From assembly GCF_001194135.2 (NCBI RefSeq), contig NC_068997.1, positions 41,432,974-41,472,448 of the forward strand: DNA of 39,475 nucleotides, in the 5' to 3' direction. The notes below the pieces were generated by a model that searched no databases, was not told where the DNA came from, and was given only the letters and a program-made list of their open reading frames with translations. The translations under genes and the position numbers were made by a program. The first letter of the stretch is position 1. Every line of letters begins with the position of its first letter. This DNA is from Octopus bimaculoides. Lineage: Eukaryota. Below, piece after piece: positions 1 through 12,596 of the stretch.

Positions 1-563
1 GTGGTGGTGGTGGTGGTGGTGGTGGTGGTGGTTGTAGTGGTGGTGATGGTGATGCTAGTTATTGACTGTTGGGTTGATGCTAGAGTTTGTGTTGTCGAAG
101 ACTGTTGGTGATAATGGTGATGGTTATGGTAGGAGTGGTGGTAGTCTTGGAGTTGTTGTTGTTGTTGTTGTTGATGGTATTGGTATTGGTGTTAGACTCG
201 TTGGTTGTGGTGGTAGTGCTGTTGTTGTTGATGATTGTGTTAATGGTGTGGTGGAGGCAAAGTTTTGGTATTACATATCGGCACCACCAGCACCACCACC
301 ACCACCACCAGCACCAGCACCACCACCATCACCATCATTGCCACTACCGCCACCAGCAGCAGCAGCAGCACCACCACCACCACCACTACCAACAACATTA
401 TCATTCACTACCACCACCACCACCACCACCACCACCACCAATAACAACAATAGCAACATATGCACTTCTATAACCAAAAATAACCACCATCACAACCAGT
501 ACCACAAAATATTACCATTCCAACCACCACCGCTGCCAGTACCGTTAATACCACCACTGCAAC
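1..563. repeat. Degenerate trinucleotide low-complexity tract, (GGT/GTT)n switching to (CAC/CAA)n
   Basis: Direct reading: 1-270 is GGT/GTT/GAT-rich and 280-563 is CAC/CAG/AAC-rich, running into an N-gap. The poly-V/P/H ORFs here are artefacts. Confidence 0.9.
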
Positions 564-2379
564 NNNNNNNNNNNNNNNNNNNNNNNNNNNNNNNNNNNNN
601 NNNNNNNNNNNNNNNNNNNNNNNNNNNNNNNNNNNNNNNNNNNNNNNNNNNNNNNNNNNNNNNNNNNNNNNNNNNNNNNNNNNNNNNNNNNNNNNNNNNN
701 NNNNNNNNNNNNNNNNNNNNNNNNNNNNNNNNNNNNNNNNNNNNNNNNNNNNNNNNNNNNNNNNNNNNNNNNNNNNNNNNNNNNNNNNNNNNNNNNNNNN
801 NNNNNNNNNNNNNNNNNNNNNNNNNNNNNNNNNNNNNNNNNNNNNNNNNNNNNNNNNNNNNNNNNNNNNNNNNNNNNNNNNNNNNNNNNNNNNNNNNNNN
901 NNNNNNNNNNNNNNNNNNNNNNNNNNNNNNNNNNNNNNNNNNNNNNNNNNNNNNNNNNNNNNNNNNNNNNNNNNNNNNNNNNNNNNNNNNNNNNNNNNNN
1001 NNNNNNNNNNNNNNNNNNNNNNNNNNNNNNNNNNNNNNNNNNNNNNNNNNNNNNNNNNNNNNNNNNNNNNNNNNNNNNNNNNNNNNNNNNNNNNNNNNNN
1101 NNNNNNNNNNNNNNNNNNNNNNNNNNNNNNNNNNNNNNNNNNNNNNNNNNNNNNNNNNNNNNNNNNNNNNNNNNNNNNNNNNNNNNNNNNNNNNNNNNNN
1201 NNNNNNNNNNNNNNNNNNNNNNNNNNNNNNNNNNNNNNNNNNNNNNNNNNNNNNNNNNNNNNNNNNNNNNNNNNNNNNNNNTATATATATATATATATAT
1301 ATGTAGTTCTGGACATAGAAAAATACAGGATGATCATGGATGGAACTCCTCTACTCATTGACCTGCAAAGGGTTAACAACAAAAACAGCACCTACGGAAA
1401 CAGTTGGGAAATCGTTGTTAGTTTTGGGATTAGGCTGTTGTTCTTGTTGCGTAAATCCCAGGTCAGCCCTGATGCAATATACCTATGGTCCAACACATCC
1501 CAACCATGACCAACATATATTTTTTGCAAATATATAATAGAATATATTCGATATTTAAGACCACATTCAATTTGCACTCTATTTATGACAGCCTAATGTG
1601 ATTTGAGGGAAATTTGGCTGGTATTTTTAGAAAGCCGAGTGACTATGCAGAAGTTCACTCGTTGAGTTGGTATTTCTTGTTTGGTTATAATGGAAATTTC
1701 GGATCTGGCATTTTGTGCTTCTGTGATATGAGGATGTGATGGTGTTGGTGGTATTAGTGGTTATGGTAGTGTTGTTTTTGTGCGGATGGTGTCGGCGTAG
1801 TTGCTGTTAGATCCCAGGTCAGCTCTGATCCAACAGATAAATGATTTAAAAAACTGCTTTCCTGTTCTTTTCCTAGGCATAGTGTTTTTAGGATTACATT
1901 ACTGAATGAGTAATCTCATTTTTTTAAAAATAGACGCATGTGATTGGAGACAGGCTGGTTTAGTATATCTAGCAGTCGAACGTGTAGAATCGCCTTCGTT
2001 TTCTCGTGGAAGCACCTGGAGTATTAATGGTGATAGTGATAGGAATGGTGGTAAGGTGATACGGTGTGAATTGGAATTGATTTTTTATTTAATTAAATTA
2101 GGTGCCTATTTGAAACCCGAAAAATGTAACAGACTATGAAATAATTTAAAAGCCTTTAATTTAAGAAGAAATGATAATAAAAAAAACAAAGGAAAAAGGG
2201 TGAAAGGCAAATAACTATGTTTCTGTTGTTAAATCTCTTTGTAGTTTCCATGAATTAGATCTTGTTTAGGATTAGATCTTCGAGAATGAATTATATCGCT
2301 AACCTTGAAAACCTTTGAAGACCGATTTTAAAATGATGTCTCTCTCTGATGGTGAATTTTTGCACTAGAGTAGATGCTG

Positions 2380-3130
2380 TCATAAAGTTTTTGGATAGTC
2401 TCCATAAAATTATAAAAGGTGATTCCATAAGACCTGTTCGTAATAGGAAACAGTTTAAAGGGATATGACCCTTGAGTAGCTAACATAATCTTTCTTTCTT
2501 AACATTATTCAGAATCTGAAATGTTTTATACGTTGCTGAATTTTATGTGAGATCGTGGAGGTCTGGAATTTGATAGTTTATCAATTGATTCTCAGTTCGA
2601 TGATTGATGTTGCATCTTATCTGGCCAATTCCTCTTCTGTTTCCATAAGAGATCTTTATGTCCACAACGTAACAATATCGTGCACTCAATACACAGAGCA
2701 AACTGCTTTCGTTATTGATCCCCATCCTTGGAAAGTTTTAAAAATCTACTGTTGCAGACAACTACATGATTATTACGACAGCGAATTGTCAATATTGGAC
2801 AGAACGCATCGTTGATCCGGCACATTACGTTCTGGCTGCCCAGTCGGATGTAACAAACTCGTATGCATCTAACTAACAAAATGATATCACGTAAAAAAAA
2901 AAAAGAACATACGAAAGACGCAAAGGGAAGCCACCTTTGTAATTTACCCATGAAAATTCTATGATAAATACATAACGTCTGACAATGAAGTTATTCAAGA
3001 TTGTTTGTCGACCCAATGGTGTAGAAAGAAAGATAATTGCTAACTTGTAGAATGCTTATCATTCTCAAAGCTCCTCGAACAGAAGACACTGTAGCTTGGA
3101 TTTGCGAGAGTGATATAGTGGAAGTGTAGT
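2380..3130 (+). mobile_element. Highly decayed Penelope-like element reverse transcriptase remnant
   Basis: Manual translation with stops and frameshifts gives motifs in the correct PLE order: VFG*SHKIIKGDSIRPV (like YGLPKIHK..LRPIV), ELSILDRTHR*SGTLRSGCPVG (like F.F.g..Y.Q..G..MG.P), then NL*NAYHS and CSLDL (like lN..Hp and FLD). Confidence 0.5.
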
Positions 3131-3349
3131 TCAGAATAGTAGAGTGAAAATGGCTGCGGTGTTAATAATGTTCTAAGCTCAGTAGTGGTGAGAAGTGGTA
3201 GAGATAGGAATATGTACAGAGAAGTAAAAAAATATGGGTGTCAGGGTGAGAGAGAGGGAGAGATAGAGATAGAAAGAGAGAGAGAAGGAGATGAATGTTG
3301 AAGAGAAAAAAGAGAAGTCAAAGGTGTGATGTAAGAATGTGTGTGTGTA

Positions 3350-3402
<53 letters not shown>

Positions 3403-3788
3403 ATACATACACGCAAACATGTATACTCACAAATATGCATACACACACATGCATGCATGAACATACATTCATACAAAAACATACATTACGCATGCGCACT
3501 CGCACAGACACACATTATCACACACATACACACATATATATACGCCATTATCTGGATTAACGAAGTGCATGTTTTCTTATCAGATGAAGGTGAAACATAA
3601 TTTAGATGCAGATAAGTTCTTTTATTTATGGAAAGAAATGTTCACTTATTTGTAAAATGAAGTAAGCCTACAATGTCCTTACATATACAGAAAAAAATAA
3701 TCCCCTGAACATAATTTCAAGTAAATCTATTAAAAAATTATTACCATTTAAATGGAAAAAAATTCTTTGGACAAAATTCTATGTAATT

Positions 3789-3821
<33 letters not shown>

Positions 3822-4240
3822 ATACGCCTTTTTTAGGTTATGCAACAAGTAAGAGATACGAAACAATAAAAATATGGCTGGTACTACTTATTCTGTTAGA
3901 TTTTTTAAAAATCTTAACGGAAAGAGATGCATCAAGATTTGACTTCTCTACCTTGTTGCGACTCTCTAATTTCTTCGTATAAAATTTCAGTTATATCATT
4001 GTAGATCTTTTAACCTTTGTGTTTCGTTCAAAATTTGGATAGTTTTCTATAAGTCACTTTAAAACATAAGTTATTTCATTAAGGTTTTGGGATAAGCTCT
4101 CCGTTGTTAACACCGGCTGTAGAGGTGTCTCTTCGCTAATTAAACCAGACACTAGTGATTCACTTAACTCTTAAAGTCTTCGAAGGCCAGGATTTTGTTA
4201 TCAGTATGTAACACTTCTTTAATAGTATATATCGTATATT

Positions 4241-4447
4241 GGTTTCAGATTTTGGCACAAGGCCAGCAATTTCGTGGAAGGGGCTAAGTCGATTGTATTG
4301 ACCTCCAGTGCTCAACTGGTACTTATTTCAGTGATCCCGAAAGGCAAAGTCGACCCCAGCGGAATTTGAACCCAAAATGTAAGCACGGACGAAATGCCGC
4401 TAAGCATTTTGTCCGACATGCTAACGATTCTACCAGCTCATCGCCTT
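4241..4447 (-). mobile_element. tRNA-headed SINE, group A
   Basis: Matches copies at 7870, 16184 and 35882 (ttttggcacaaggccagc...aaaggcaaagtcgacc...ggaatttgaac...ctaacgattctaccagctc). Degenerate direct repeats flank it at 4227-4240 and 4451-4464. Confidence 0.85.
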
Positions 4448-4464
4448 ATTATATATTACATATT

Positions 4465-4828
4465 AGGCGCAGGCATAGCATGGTTAAGAAGCCTGCTTTG
4501 CATTGTACGCAATTTCGGGTTCAATCTCACTTCATGGTACCTTCGGTAAGCGCCTTCAACTATAACCTCGGATCGACCAATGCCGTGTGAGTGATTTTTG
4601 TGGACGGAAACTTCGACGAAGCCCGTCATATATATATATGTTTATGTGTGTATGTGTATGTCTTGGTGTTTGACAACCGGTGTTGGTCCGTTTACATTCT
4701 TGTAACTTAGCTGTTCGGCAAAAAGCTTTAGAAATACGTACTGAGATCAGTTTACTCGACTAAACTCTTGAAAATGGTGCCCCAACATGGCTGCAGTCCA
4801 ATGAATGAAACAAATAAACGATAAAAGA
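4465..4828 (+). mobile_element. tRNA-headed SINE, group B, with internal (TA/TG)n
   Basis: Head aggcgcaggcatagcatggttaagaag...gggttcaat; body cttgacaaccgg...gtaacttagc.gttcggcaaaa; tail catggctgcagtccaatgaatgaaacaa. Homologous to 26822, 28470 and 29321. Confidence 0.8.
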
Positions 4829-6511
4829 TTAAAGATTATCTGCCCCAACTTCTTGAAGTCCCATTTCCACAGCCATCTATACCAGACTATGACTGATCCA
4901 AGCTGCTTCATCCTTTAACCATTGGTCTTCCTTAACGACATTTAGATATGATTTTTTCTCAAACCCTAATGATATATTTATATTTAACGCCTTCCAGGTA
5001 TCTCTAAATTTTTCTGTTGTTTGCATAACGTTGTAATTTTCCGATAATTCTTTGACAGCCTGGTGTTTAACATTAATCGTAGTAAGCAACAGACTTGGTT
5101 TTATTCTAAGTTAATGTATCTGGAGCCTTGAAAACGGAAATAACATCCACGATTTATCGTCTATAGCAGTGAAGCCGTATTTAGTAGAATGCAAACGACT
5201 TCAATAGGTAAGCATGTCTAGAGTGATTCAATATTTGAAGGATAGATTGGGATCGGAAGTATTTTTCCCACAATAACGTGTGACAGCCGGTCACCGAGCT
5301 ATTCGGTGAAGAAATCCTAAACAACCCACGCTTTTTTGTTAGACTTCCATAAAAGAGACAGATTAGATTTTGGAGAAGCCTTTCGTAACTAGAAATATCA
5401 GAATGATAAACAAATAATGACTTAAGTTTCAGGTTTTCTGTGACATATTGTTCCTAATAACAATCTGAAATGATTATTTGCAGGTTTATATTTCTCCTTT
5501 AGGTTAACAGTTCTAAAAGGTAACCACATTCATCCACTTAAAAATCTAGATTTCCTAGATATTAATCTCTTTCTATACTATCTTCAGTTACGATGGAAAA
5601 TGCCGAAGCAACCTGAATAACAAAACATGCAAATTCCCTTTCTATCTGAATGTTGTGGAGATCAGATCGCTTCTTGAACTTTTTCTAGTCATCCACAGGA
5701 AGCAGCCAACGTTTGAATAACTTCGTCAGCTTCTTCTCGTTTCAGTTGTTTAAATAAAGCCCACACATTTTCTCTCCCCGATAACGTGTTGGGTGAGTGG
5801 CCAGTACGTTGTGACATATCATTCATTCAAACACTTAACATATTTTTCTATACTTTCCATGACATTACTGCATCTACGTGTTAGTTTAGAAGCATCATGT
5901 TCACTTGAATTTTGCATGGAAAATTTTATTTTCTCAAATTGATTCATTACGATTTTTAAAGTTGATAGTGCAAATCCTAATGATTCTGCAAAAACATTTT
6001 TCTTTATTCTTCCTTGTACACTTTTTAAAATCTATAGTTTGATATCTAATGATATTTCTTTATGCTTACGTGACATGTGTATGAATCTGCTTAACAAGAG
6101 TACTGAATCAGTTAAAACAAGCAAACAAACAACCAAACAAATCTACTGTTCTTCAAGACATTGCTTCTCAAGTGATAGCATGTAACACACGCACAGATTC
6201 TAACAGGCAAAAGCAAACTAAATGTGATTGATTCATTGCTTTCTTTTCTTCTTTGTGCGCTAATAAAGCAACGATAAGGAGGTTCAAATTTAAGCTGTAA
6301 ATATCAAGGCTGGTCATGCAACCAGAATGTATTTTTTCGTGGTTTTGCTTCTTAAATTCTTGCAATGTTAAAGCCTTTTTATAACGAAGTTTCGTCTACT
6401 GAGAACAGCGTAAAATGAAGTGTGTGTATGTGTGTGTAAAATCATACACACAACATATACACACGTGTGTACGTACATACATACATATATGTATATATAG
6501 ATATGTGTGTA

Positions 6512-6552
<41 letters not shown>

Positions 6553-7353
6553 GCATACATAGATAAGTCACCTTCAAACCTTACAATAGAAGGTTGCACT
6601 TAACGACATCCTCGGCTAAATATAGTCTGCAATATATNNNNNNNNNNNNNNNNNNNNNNNNNNNNNNNNNNNNNNNNNNNNNNNNNNNNNNNNNNNNNNN
6701 NNNNNNNNNNNNNNNNNNNNNNNNNNNNNNNNNNNNNNNNNNNNNNNNNNNNNNNNNNNNNNNNNNNNNNNNNNNNNNNNNNNNNNNNNNNNNNNNNNNN
6801 NNNNNNNNNNNNNNNNNNNNNNNNNNNNNNNNNNNNNNNNNNNNNNNNNNNNNNNNNNNNNNNNNNNNNNNNNNNNNNNNNNNNNNNNNNNNNNNNNNNN
6901 NNNNNNNNNNNNNNNNNNNNNNNNNNNNNNNNNNNNNNNNNNNNNNNNNNNNNNNNNNNNNNNNNNNNNNNNNNNNNNNNNNNNNNNNNNNNNNNNNNNN
7001 NNNNNNNNNNNNNNNNNNNNNNNNNNNNNNNNNNNNNNNNNNNNNNNNNNNNNNNNNNNNNNNCACACACACAGACGCGTTATTTTGTTTTATTTTTTAA
7101 TCAACTATCTATTATCGCAGGAATGTATTTCTCTGTCGCCCAAGCATGTTTATGCTCCTTTACTCGAATTGGCAACTCGAACGGAAAGATAAAAAAAAGA
7201 AAGGAAATATTTAAATCAATATTATATTGTAATGTAATTATACTTTTGATAATTGAAGTTTATTTCGATATCTTTGAAGAGAGCAGTTTATGTGTTATTG
7301 TATTCATATTATAGAGATTTTAGATTTATATTATAGCTCATTAATTTTACAAC

Positions 7354-9185
7354 ATGTCAGCCCTCGATGCTAAGAAGAGAAAAAGAATCTCGATGATATT
7401 TCATAGGAATATTTGGAATTTGGTTTTTATGACTTCGCTCTCTAATGAGACAACGCTTATACGTTTGTTATGTGAAAATGCATTTGGAAATGATGCAACG
7501 AAGATTTCAAACATGAAAGGAAACTGTAAGAGGATGTATTCAGATAGTAAATACGGAGATCTTGAATGATCCAAAACCCCGAAAGAAAAATTTGGGAAAC
7601 GTCCAACCTTTGTGTCATTTCTCATGTCACAATCTCATACTGCCATTGAAGTGGTTGGATGGGTTGTGCGGGTTGGGGAATGAAAGTCTTTTGAATACAA
7701 CGAAAATAGATATATAAAATGAAATATAAAGGACTGCCACATGCGACGATTGGAGAGGATGTTGTTATAGCAGCCCGAAAGAATGTCACAGGCGCTGTTA
7801 TGAAATACTCTAAACCTCTGAGTAATAATTCAGTACAACGCCGTATCGATGACATGATAGAAAATATTGGTTTCAGATTTTGGCACAAGGCCAGCAGTTT
7901 TGAGGAGAGGGGGAAGTCAATTACATCGACCCTAGTCCTCAACTGGTACTTATTTTATCGATCCTCAAAGGATGAAAGGCAAGGTCGACCTCGGCGGAGT
8001 TTGAACTCAGAACGTAAAGACGGACAAAATGCAGCTAAGCATTTTCCCCCGGCATGCTAATGATTCTGCGAGCTCACCAACTTGCGATGGTAAAAGATAT
8101 TGAAAAAGATGGTAGCTTAAGAGCCCCAACAGTGTCAGTTATGTGTCCAACGAAATAAGTCAGTTGCAGTTGCTTTTATTTGTACACCAACCATGATTGG
8201 TAGGTACCGGGTTTTAGAGATATTCTAAAGGAAAAAACAAGTTCCAAATGCAAGCAGTGCACGCTGTTGTTTTCTCTTTATACAGACAGCATCATAGTTT
8301 GTGGGTGGGTGGGTGTAGAAACCTCGGAGGAAAACTCTACAAAGCTTTAAATATCAAGTCTATAAACATGATAAATACAAACCCATTCAGTTGCTAACTT
8401 TTTATATTATTATGTAAATCAATGAAAAAAAAATTCCAAACAGCTTCTTTTGCATACAGAAATAAGGTGATTAACATGAGAGCATGTGTCACTAAGGTTA
8501 CTTGAATCTTTTGATTAACGAGTGGGGTTCTTTGGGTGTGTGGATCACTCACTTGGTAACTGTGTAACAATCATCTATCTCATTTAGTAGATTTCTTTTC
8601 TAAATTCAATGGCGTACAGAAATGTTTACACGAGTCACACGTTAGTATAATAGTTCGAACTCTAATTTTAGCATTTCAAGTACAGATTAGTTTATATAAA
8701 TCTTTTTTAAGTTGCAGGAACTTTCCATATTTCACGAATTTGTTACTACCGGTACAAGAAGCAAATAAAAATCCTTCAGATAACGACCTACATACCTATG
8801 GAGTCCATCTTGAAGCCTATTCAAAACAATTTTCAAGGAACTTTAGAATATGTATGTTCTTGGCCAGGTTTCTTCTTGAAATGAACGTGGGTCCTCGAGG
8901 CATTGTTCAAATATAAAGTGATTTATTAGAACAATGAAAATCATTGCAACAATATAATGAAATCTTAGTGCAGCTGCTGATACGTTTTTGGTTGTATTTC
9001 CAAACTTCAGTATTATTGAAATTAGAATTAGCCATACAAATGCTTTGCTAAGTCAAGCAAGAAATAGGTTTCGACATCATTGGATGTAGTGGCCTGCATC
9101 TCAGACTCATAGTCATCCTAATGGACATTCACGAAAAGATGGAAGGCAGGGCTAGCAGTCGTCAGAAAACCCATCATATCAGACT
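7354..9185 (+). mobile_element. Decayed hAT transposase of the Buster/Charlie (ZBED5/SCAND3-like) type, interrupted by a SINE
   Basis: Motifs in order: KKRKR...LLCENAFGNDATKISNMK (BED finger region), PHATIGEDVVIAA..., PLSNNSVQRRIDDMIENI (PLSNNTVSRRIDDM), SQLQLLLFV, LFILLCKSM, LLLHTEIR*L (LLLHTEVRWL), HLSHLVDFFSKFN (LAYLADIF.KLN), AADTFLVVFPNFSIIEIRIS...ARNR and LHLRL (hAT C-terminal dimerisation region). Confidence 0.85.
7870..8086 (-). mobile_element. tRNA-headed SINE, group A, inserted in the Buster transposase
   Basis: Homologous to 4241-4447. Flanked by atgatagaaaatattg (7854-7869) and atggtaaaagatattg (8087-8102), 13/16 identical. Confidence 0.9.
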
Positions 9186-9524
9186 TCAATTAGAACTAAT
9201 CTTCTACCCCCGTATGCTCTTATTTTTATTTATCTCTGATCATCAGCTTATTTTTACCTCGAAAGTCTCTAGCACCATACATTTTCTTTTGATTTTACAT
9301 ATTGCACCTGAGGCGGTATTATTATTTAAAATAAAACAATTGTAAAACAACATACATCATTAAATTAGAAATGCCCCAAAAAATAAAAACAAAACAAAAC
9401 AAAATATAATTTTAAAATATAGAAGATCAAGAGATTAAACTTATTTAGCAATCTCATAGTTTAGTGGAATAGATTTAAAAGTACACAGTTGTTGTTTACA
9501 TTCATAAACCAATCAATTATCAAT

Positions 9525-9744
9525 TTTTAGCAGCGATAAAGTACGATATACTAATGTTTCAAGTTACAAAAATTTAACAGCGTTAGAAAATAAAGGATGA
9601 TAATTTATTTTCTTTGAATACGCTTTACATCGTTGTCAATACTATTTTCGATCATACTATCAGCTGAATTTTCTTCCTTTGATTTCTAACGACAGATGAT
9701 GTTAGCATTTGAAATGTTCGTGTTATATTTTATCGCTGATAAAA
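9525..9744. mobile_element. MITE-like element with about 70-bp imperfect terminal inverted repeats
   Basis: Left ttttagcagcgataaagta...tttcaa...cgttagaaaataaagga matches the reverse complement of the right end, ttttatcagcgataaaata...tttcaa...cgttagaaatcaaagga. Confidence 0.75.
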
Positions 9745-10277
9745 ATAAACTATTTAATGACTCTTCAAACAGTATATATAGTTTCTATTAATTAAAATGG
9801 GTTATCATAACAATAAACTGTTTTTATGTATGTACACACTGCGTAAAACCCCTTTTTGAATACATTCGGCTTATCTTTGAGATTTCAATACTATTTTTCA
9901 GAATGTGTGATCATGGGATTAACGAAAGTGCTGTATGTTTGTGATGGAGTCGACAAATTCATAAGCGTAGGAACTCCCGTCATAAAGCAAATAGATACAT
10001 TAATTCTATATGAGGAAGTGTAATGATTTATAACATTTGTACGATGCGACACATTATAGGGGCGATACTTTATAGGAACGGCTGATTAAATCGATCTTAC
10101 AACTTGGTTGGTATATATTTTTCTGATTTGAAAATGAGAAAGTAAAGTAGGATTTGAGGGAAGAGTTTGAATTGAAACTATAAAAGGTCGTAACTTAAAT
10201 ACTGCACGATCATTCGCATCTACCAATTCTGCCACTGCAACTCGCTCCATTCTGTTGCTCATACATATATACATACA

Positions 10278-10313
<36 letters not shown>

Positions 10314-10970
10314 TNNNNNNNNNNNNNNNNNNNNNNNNNNNNNNNNNNNNNNNNNNNNNNNNNNNNNNNNNNNNNNNNNNNNNNNNNNNNNNNNNNNNNN
10401 NNNNNNNNNNNNNNNNNNNNNNNNNNNNNNNNNNNNNNNNNNNNNNNNNNNNNNNNNNNNNNNNNNNNNNNNNNNNNNNNNNNNNNNNNNNNNNNNNNNN
10501 NNNNNNNNNNNNNNNNNNNNNNNNNNNNNNNNNNNNNNNNNNNNNNNNNNNNNNNNNNNNNNNNNNNNNNNNNNNNNNNNNNNNNNNNNNNNNNNNNNNN
10601 NNNNNNNNNNNNNNNNNNNNNNNNNNNNNNNNNNNNNNNNNNNNNNNNNNNNNNNNNNNNNNNNNNNNNNNNNNNNNNNNNNNNNNNNNNNNNNNNNNNN
10701 NNNNNNNNNNNNNNNNNNNNNNNNNNNNNNNNNNNNNNNNNNNNNNNNNNNNNNNNNNNNNNNNNNNNNNNNNNNNNNNNNNNNNNNNNNNNNNNNNNNN
10801 NNNNNNNNNNNNNNNNNNNNNNNNNNNNNNNNNNNNNNNNNNNNNNNNNNNNNNNNNNNNNNNNNNNNNNNNNNNNNNNNNNNNNNNNNNNNNNNNNNNN
10901 NNNNNNNNNNNNNNNNNNNNNNNNNNNNNNNNNNNNNNNNNNNNNNNNNNNNNNNNNNNNNNNNNNNAAC

Positions 10971-11027
<57 letters not shown>

Positions 11028-11329
11028 GACGTCACTAAAGTCACAGAGGGTAATAAGTGATACCGACATTGCTTGAAATAAGAGTCAACCCTACTCAGTA
11101 GCTACAAGAGCACTATCTTCATGTCTGACAAGGGAGATAAGCTCCCTTTGCGGACGTAGCCAGATCACCGGCGATTTCGAATTTTGATGCAGAACATCTA
11201 TAAATTTACCTTTAGGTTGTTAAATTGGTAATAAGTCACCCATATTATTTATATATATGTGTGTGTGTGTGTTTGGTGTATTTCTTATGTCTCTCTCTCT
11301 CTCTCTTCCCCTCTCTTTTCCTATATATG

Positions 11330-12216
11330 TAGAAGGTGGTAACAAAAAGTTCCAGGACTGGAAGCACACGGTTGCGTGCGTATTGAGAGCTATCAGTGAC
11401 CTTCAGAAGGCAGTTTGCCCAGTGACATCGCAAGTAGTGAAATTTGTGTTTTTGTGGTCACGTGTATGCTGTAGTCTGCGATTTTGGGCAGGAACAAAGG
11501 GCCAGCGTGATATTTTGCGTTAAACTTGGGAAGTCTGCTACAGAGACATTCAGCATGCTTTGACAAGCTTACAGCGACGAGGCAATGGCCGTTTCAAGAG
11601 GTATAGGCGCTTCAGAAGCGGAAGAACGTCCCTGGAAGATAATGAGCGATCTGGAAGATCTACCACGAGTCTCATACCCGGAAATGTGGTAGTGAGCATC
11701 GAAAATTTGTCCCTCAGGACCAGGACCTGACCGTCAAACTAGAGTTCAACTGCGATGCTTTGAAGTATTTGAGAGAGGAGACGCGGCGAAAGCAACCGGA
11801 TGTGCGGAGCGCCAAGAATTGGGTTCTTCATGACGACAATGCACCCAGTAGCCGAGATTTCCTCACTCGTGAGTTTCTTGCGATAAGCGACATATTGTGG
11901 CTTCCGCACCCTTCTATTAGCCAGATTTAGCACCTGTGGACTTCCAAATTCTTCATCAAGATATAGAAGCAGCTCAAAGTTCACCGTTATAACACCGTTG
12001 TCGAGATCAAGAGCAAATTGCAGAAGGTCCTCGGCTCACTTACGGTAAACAACTTCCAGGCTGGATTCCAAAAGTGGCAGTAACGCAGGGACCGGTGTAT
12101 TGCTGCACAAGGAGATGATGTTAAAACTTCAAAGGAGATGATGTTAAAACTTATCTAATTAACTTATTTTTTAATTAAACATAACTAGACCGGGAACCTT
12201 TTGATATTACATCGTA
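11330..12216 (+). mobile_element. Internally deleted mariner element with both TIRs and TA target sites
   Basis: TIRs: TA-gaaggtggtaacaaaaagttccaggact and agaccgggaaccttttgatattacatcg-TA. Translation gives RFRSGRTSLEDNERSGRS (HTH2), a deletion, then FVPQ, WVLHDDNAP, LPHP, PDLAPVDF and RDRCIAAQGD. Confidence 0.92.
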
Positions 12217-12282
12217 TATATCTATACCTATGTATATATATATATTTAACATATTATTGATATATTACTGATATATGTTTTC

Positions 12283-12477
12283 TTTTACTTGTTCCAATCA
12301 TTGAAATGCGGCCATGTTGGAGCATGCCTTGAAGGGGGGGGGGCGCACAAATCAACAGAGCAACATGAGATAAAGTATTTTGCTCAAGAACACAACGTAC
12401 CACCCGGTCTAGGAATTGAAACCATGATCTCGAAATCGTGAGTGCAGCACCCTAACCACTAGGCCATGCGTCTTCAC
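12283..12477 (-). mobile_element. Short SINE with a group C tRNA-like head joined to a group B tail
   Basis: Reverse complement begins gaagacgcatggcctagtggttagggtg...ggtttcaattcctagaccggg (A and B boxes, similar to 26459) and ends ctccaacatggccgcatttcaatgattggaacaagtaaaagaaaa (group B tail). Confidence 0.7.
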
Positions 12478-12553
12478 ACACACACACACACACACACACA
12501 TATGTATAGGTAGATAGATAGATAAATAGATATGTTTGTGCACATGTCTATAT

Positions 12554-12596
<43 letters not shown>

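Larger units (their letters stand above)
3925..6076 (-). mobile_element. Decayed Tigger/pogo (CENP-B-like HTH + DDE_1) transposase, interrupted by SINEs at about 4223-4828
   Basis: Minus-strand translation: MSRKHKEISLDIKL (ATG 6076), LAASCG*LEKFKKRSDLHNIQIERE (ASxGWLxxFKKR), F*VDECG (first D), LKLKSLFVYHS, LWKSNKKAWV, EVVCILLNTASLL and VISVFKA (LPPNTTSLLQPMDQGVI..FKA), GLQEVGADNL joined to EVLHT across the insertion, and C-terminal NFERNTKVKRS...KSNLDASL. Confidence 0.85.

Noticed and set aside
1455-1833. 23-bp direct repeat atcccaggtcagc(c/t)ctgat(g/c)caa at 1455-1477 and 1811-1833 as LTRs or a CRISPR-like array
   Set aside because: Only two copies with no regular spacing; best explained as fragments of a common interspersed repeat.
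1900-2100. Possible minus-strand PLE fragment (QPVSNH or STARYTKP frames)
   Set aside because: Competing frames give only weak, mutually inconsistent motif matches.
6370-6401. Candidate 5' TIR of the first Tigger (reverse complement cagtagacgaaacttcgttataa)
   Set aside because: It resembles pogo-type termini, but no matching partner was found near 3600-3900.
12390-12477. tRNA gene (also the heads at 26459 and 35882)
   Set aside because: A and B boxes are present but no complete cloverleaf or acceptor stem, and the sequence continues into SINE body.
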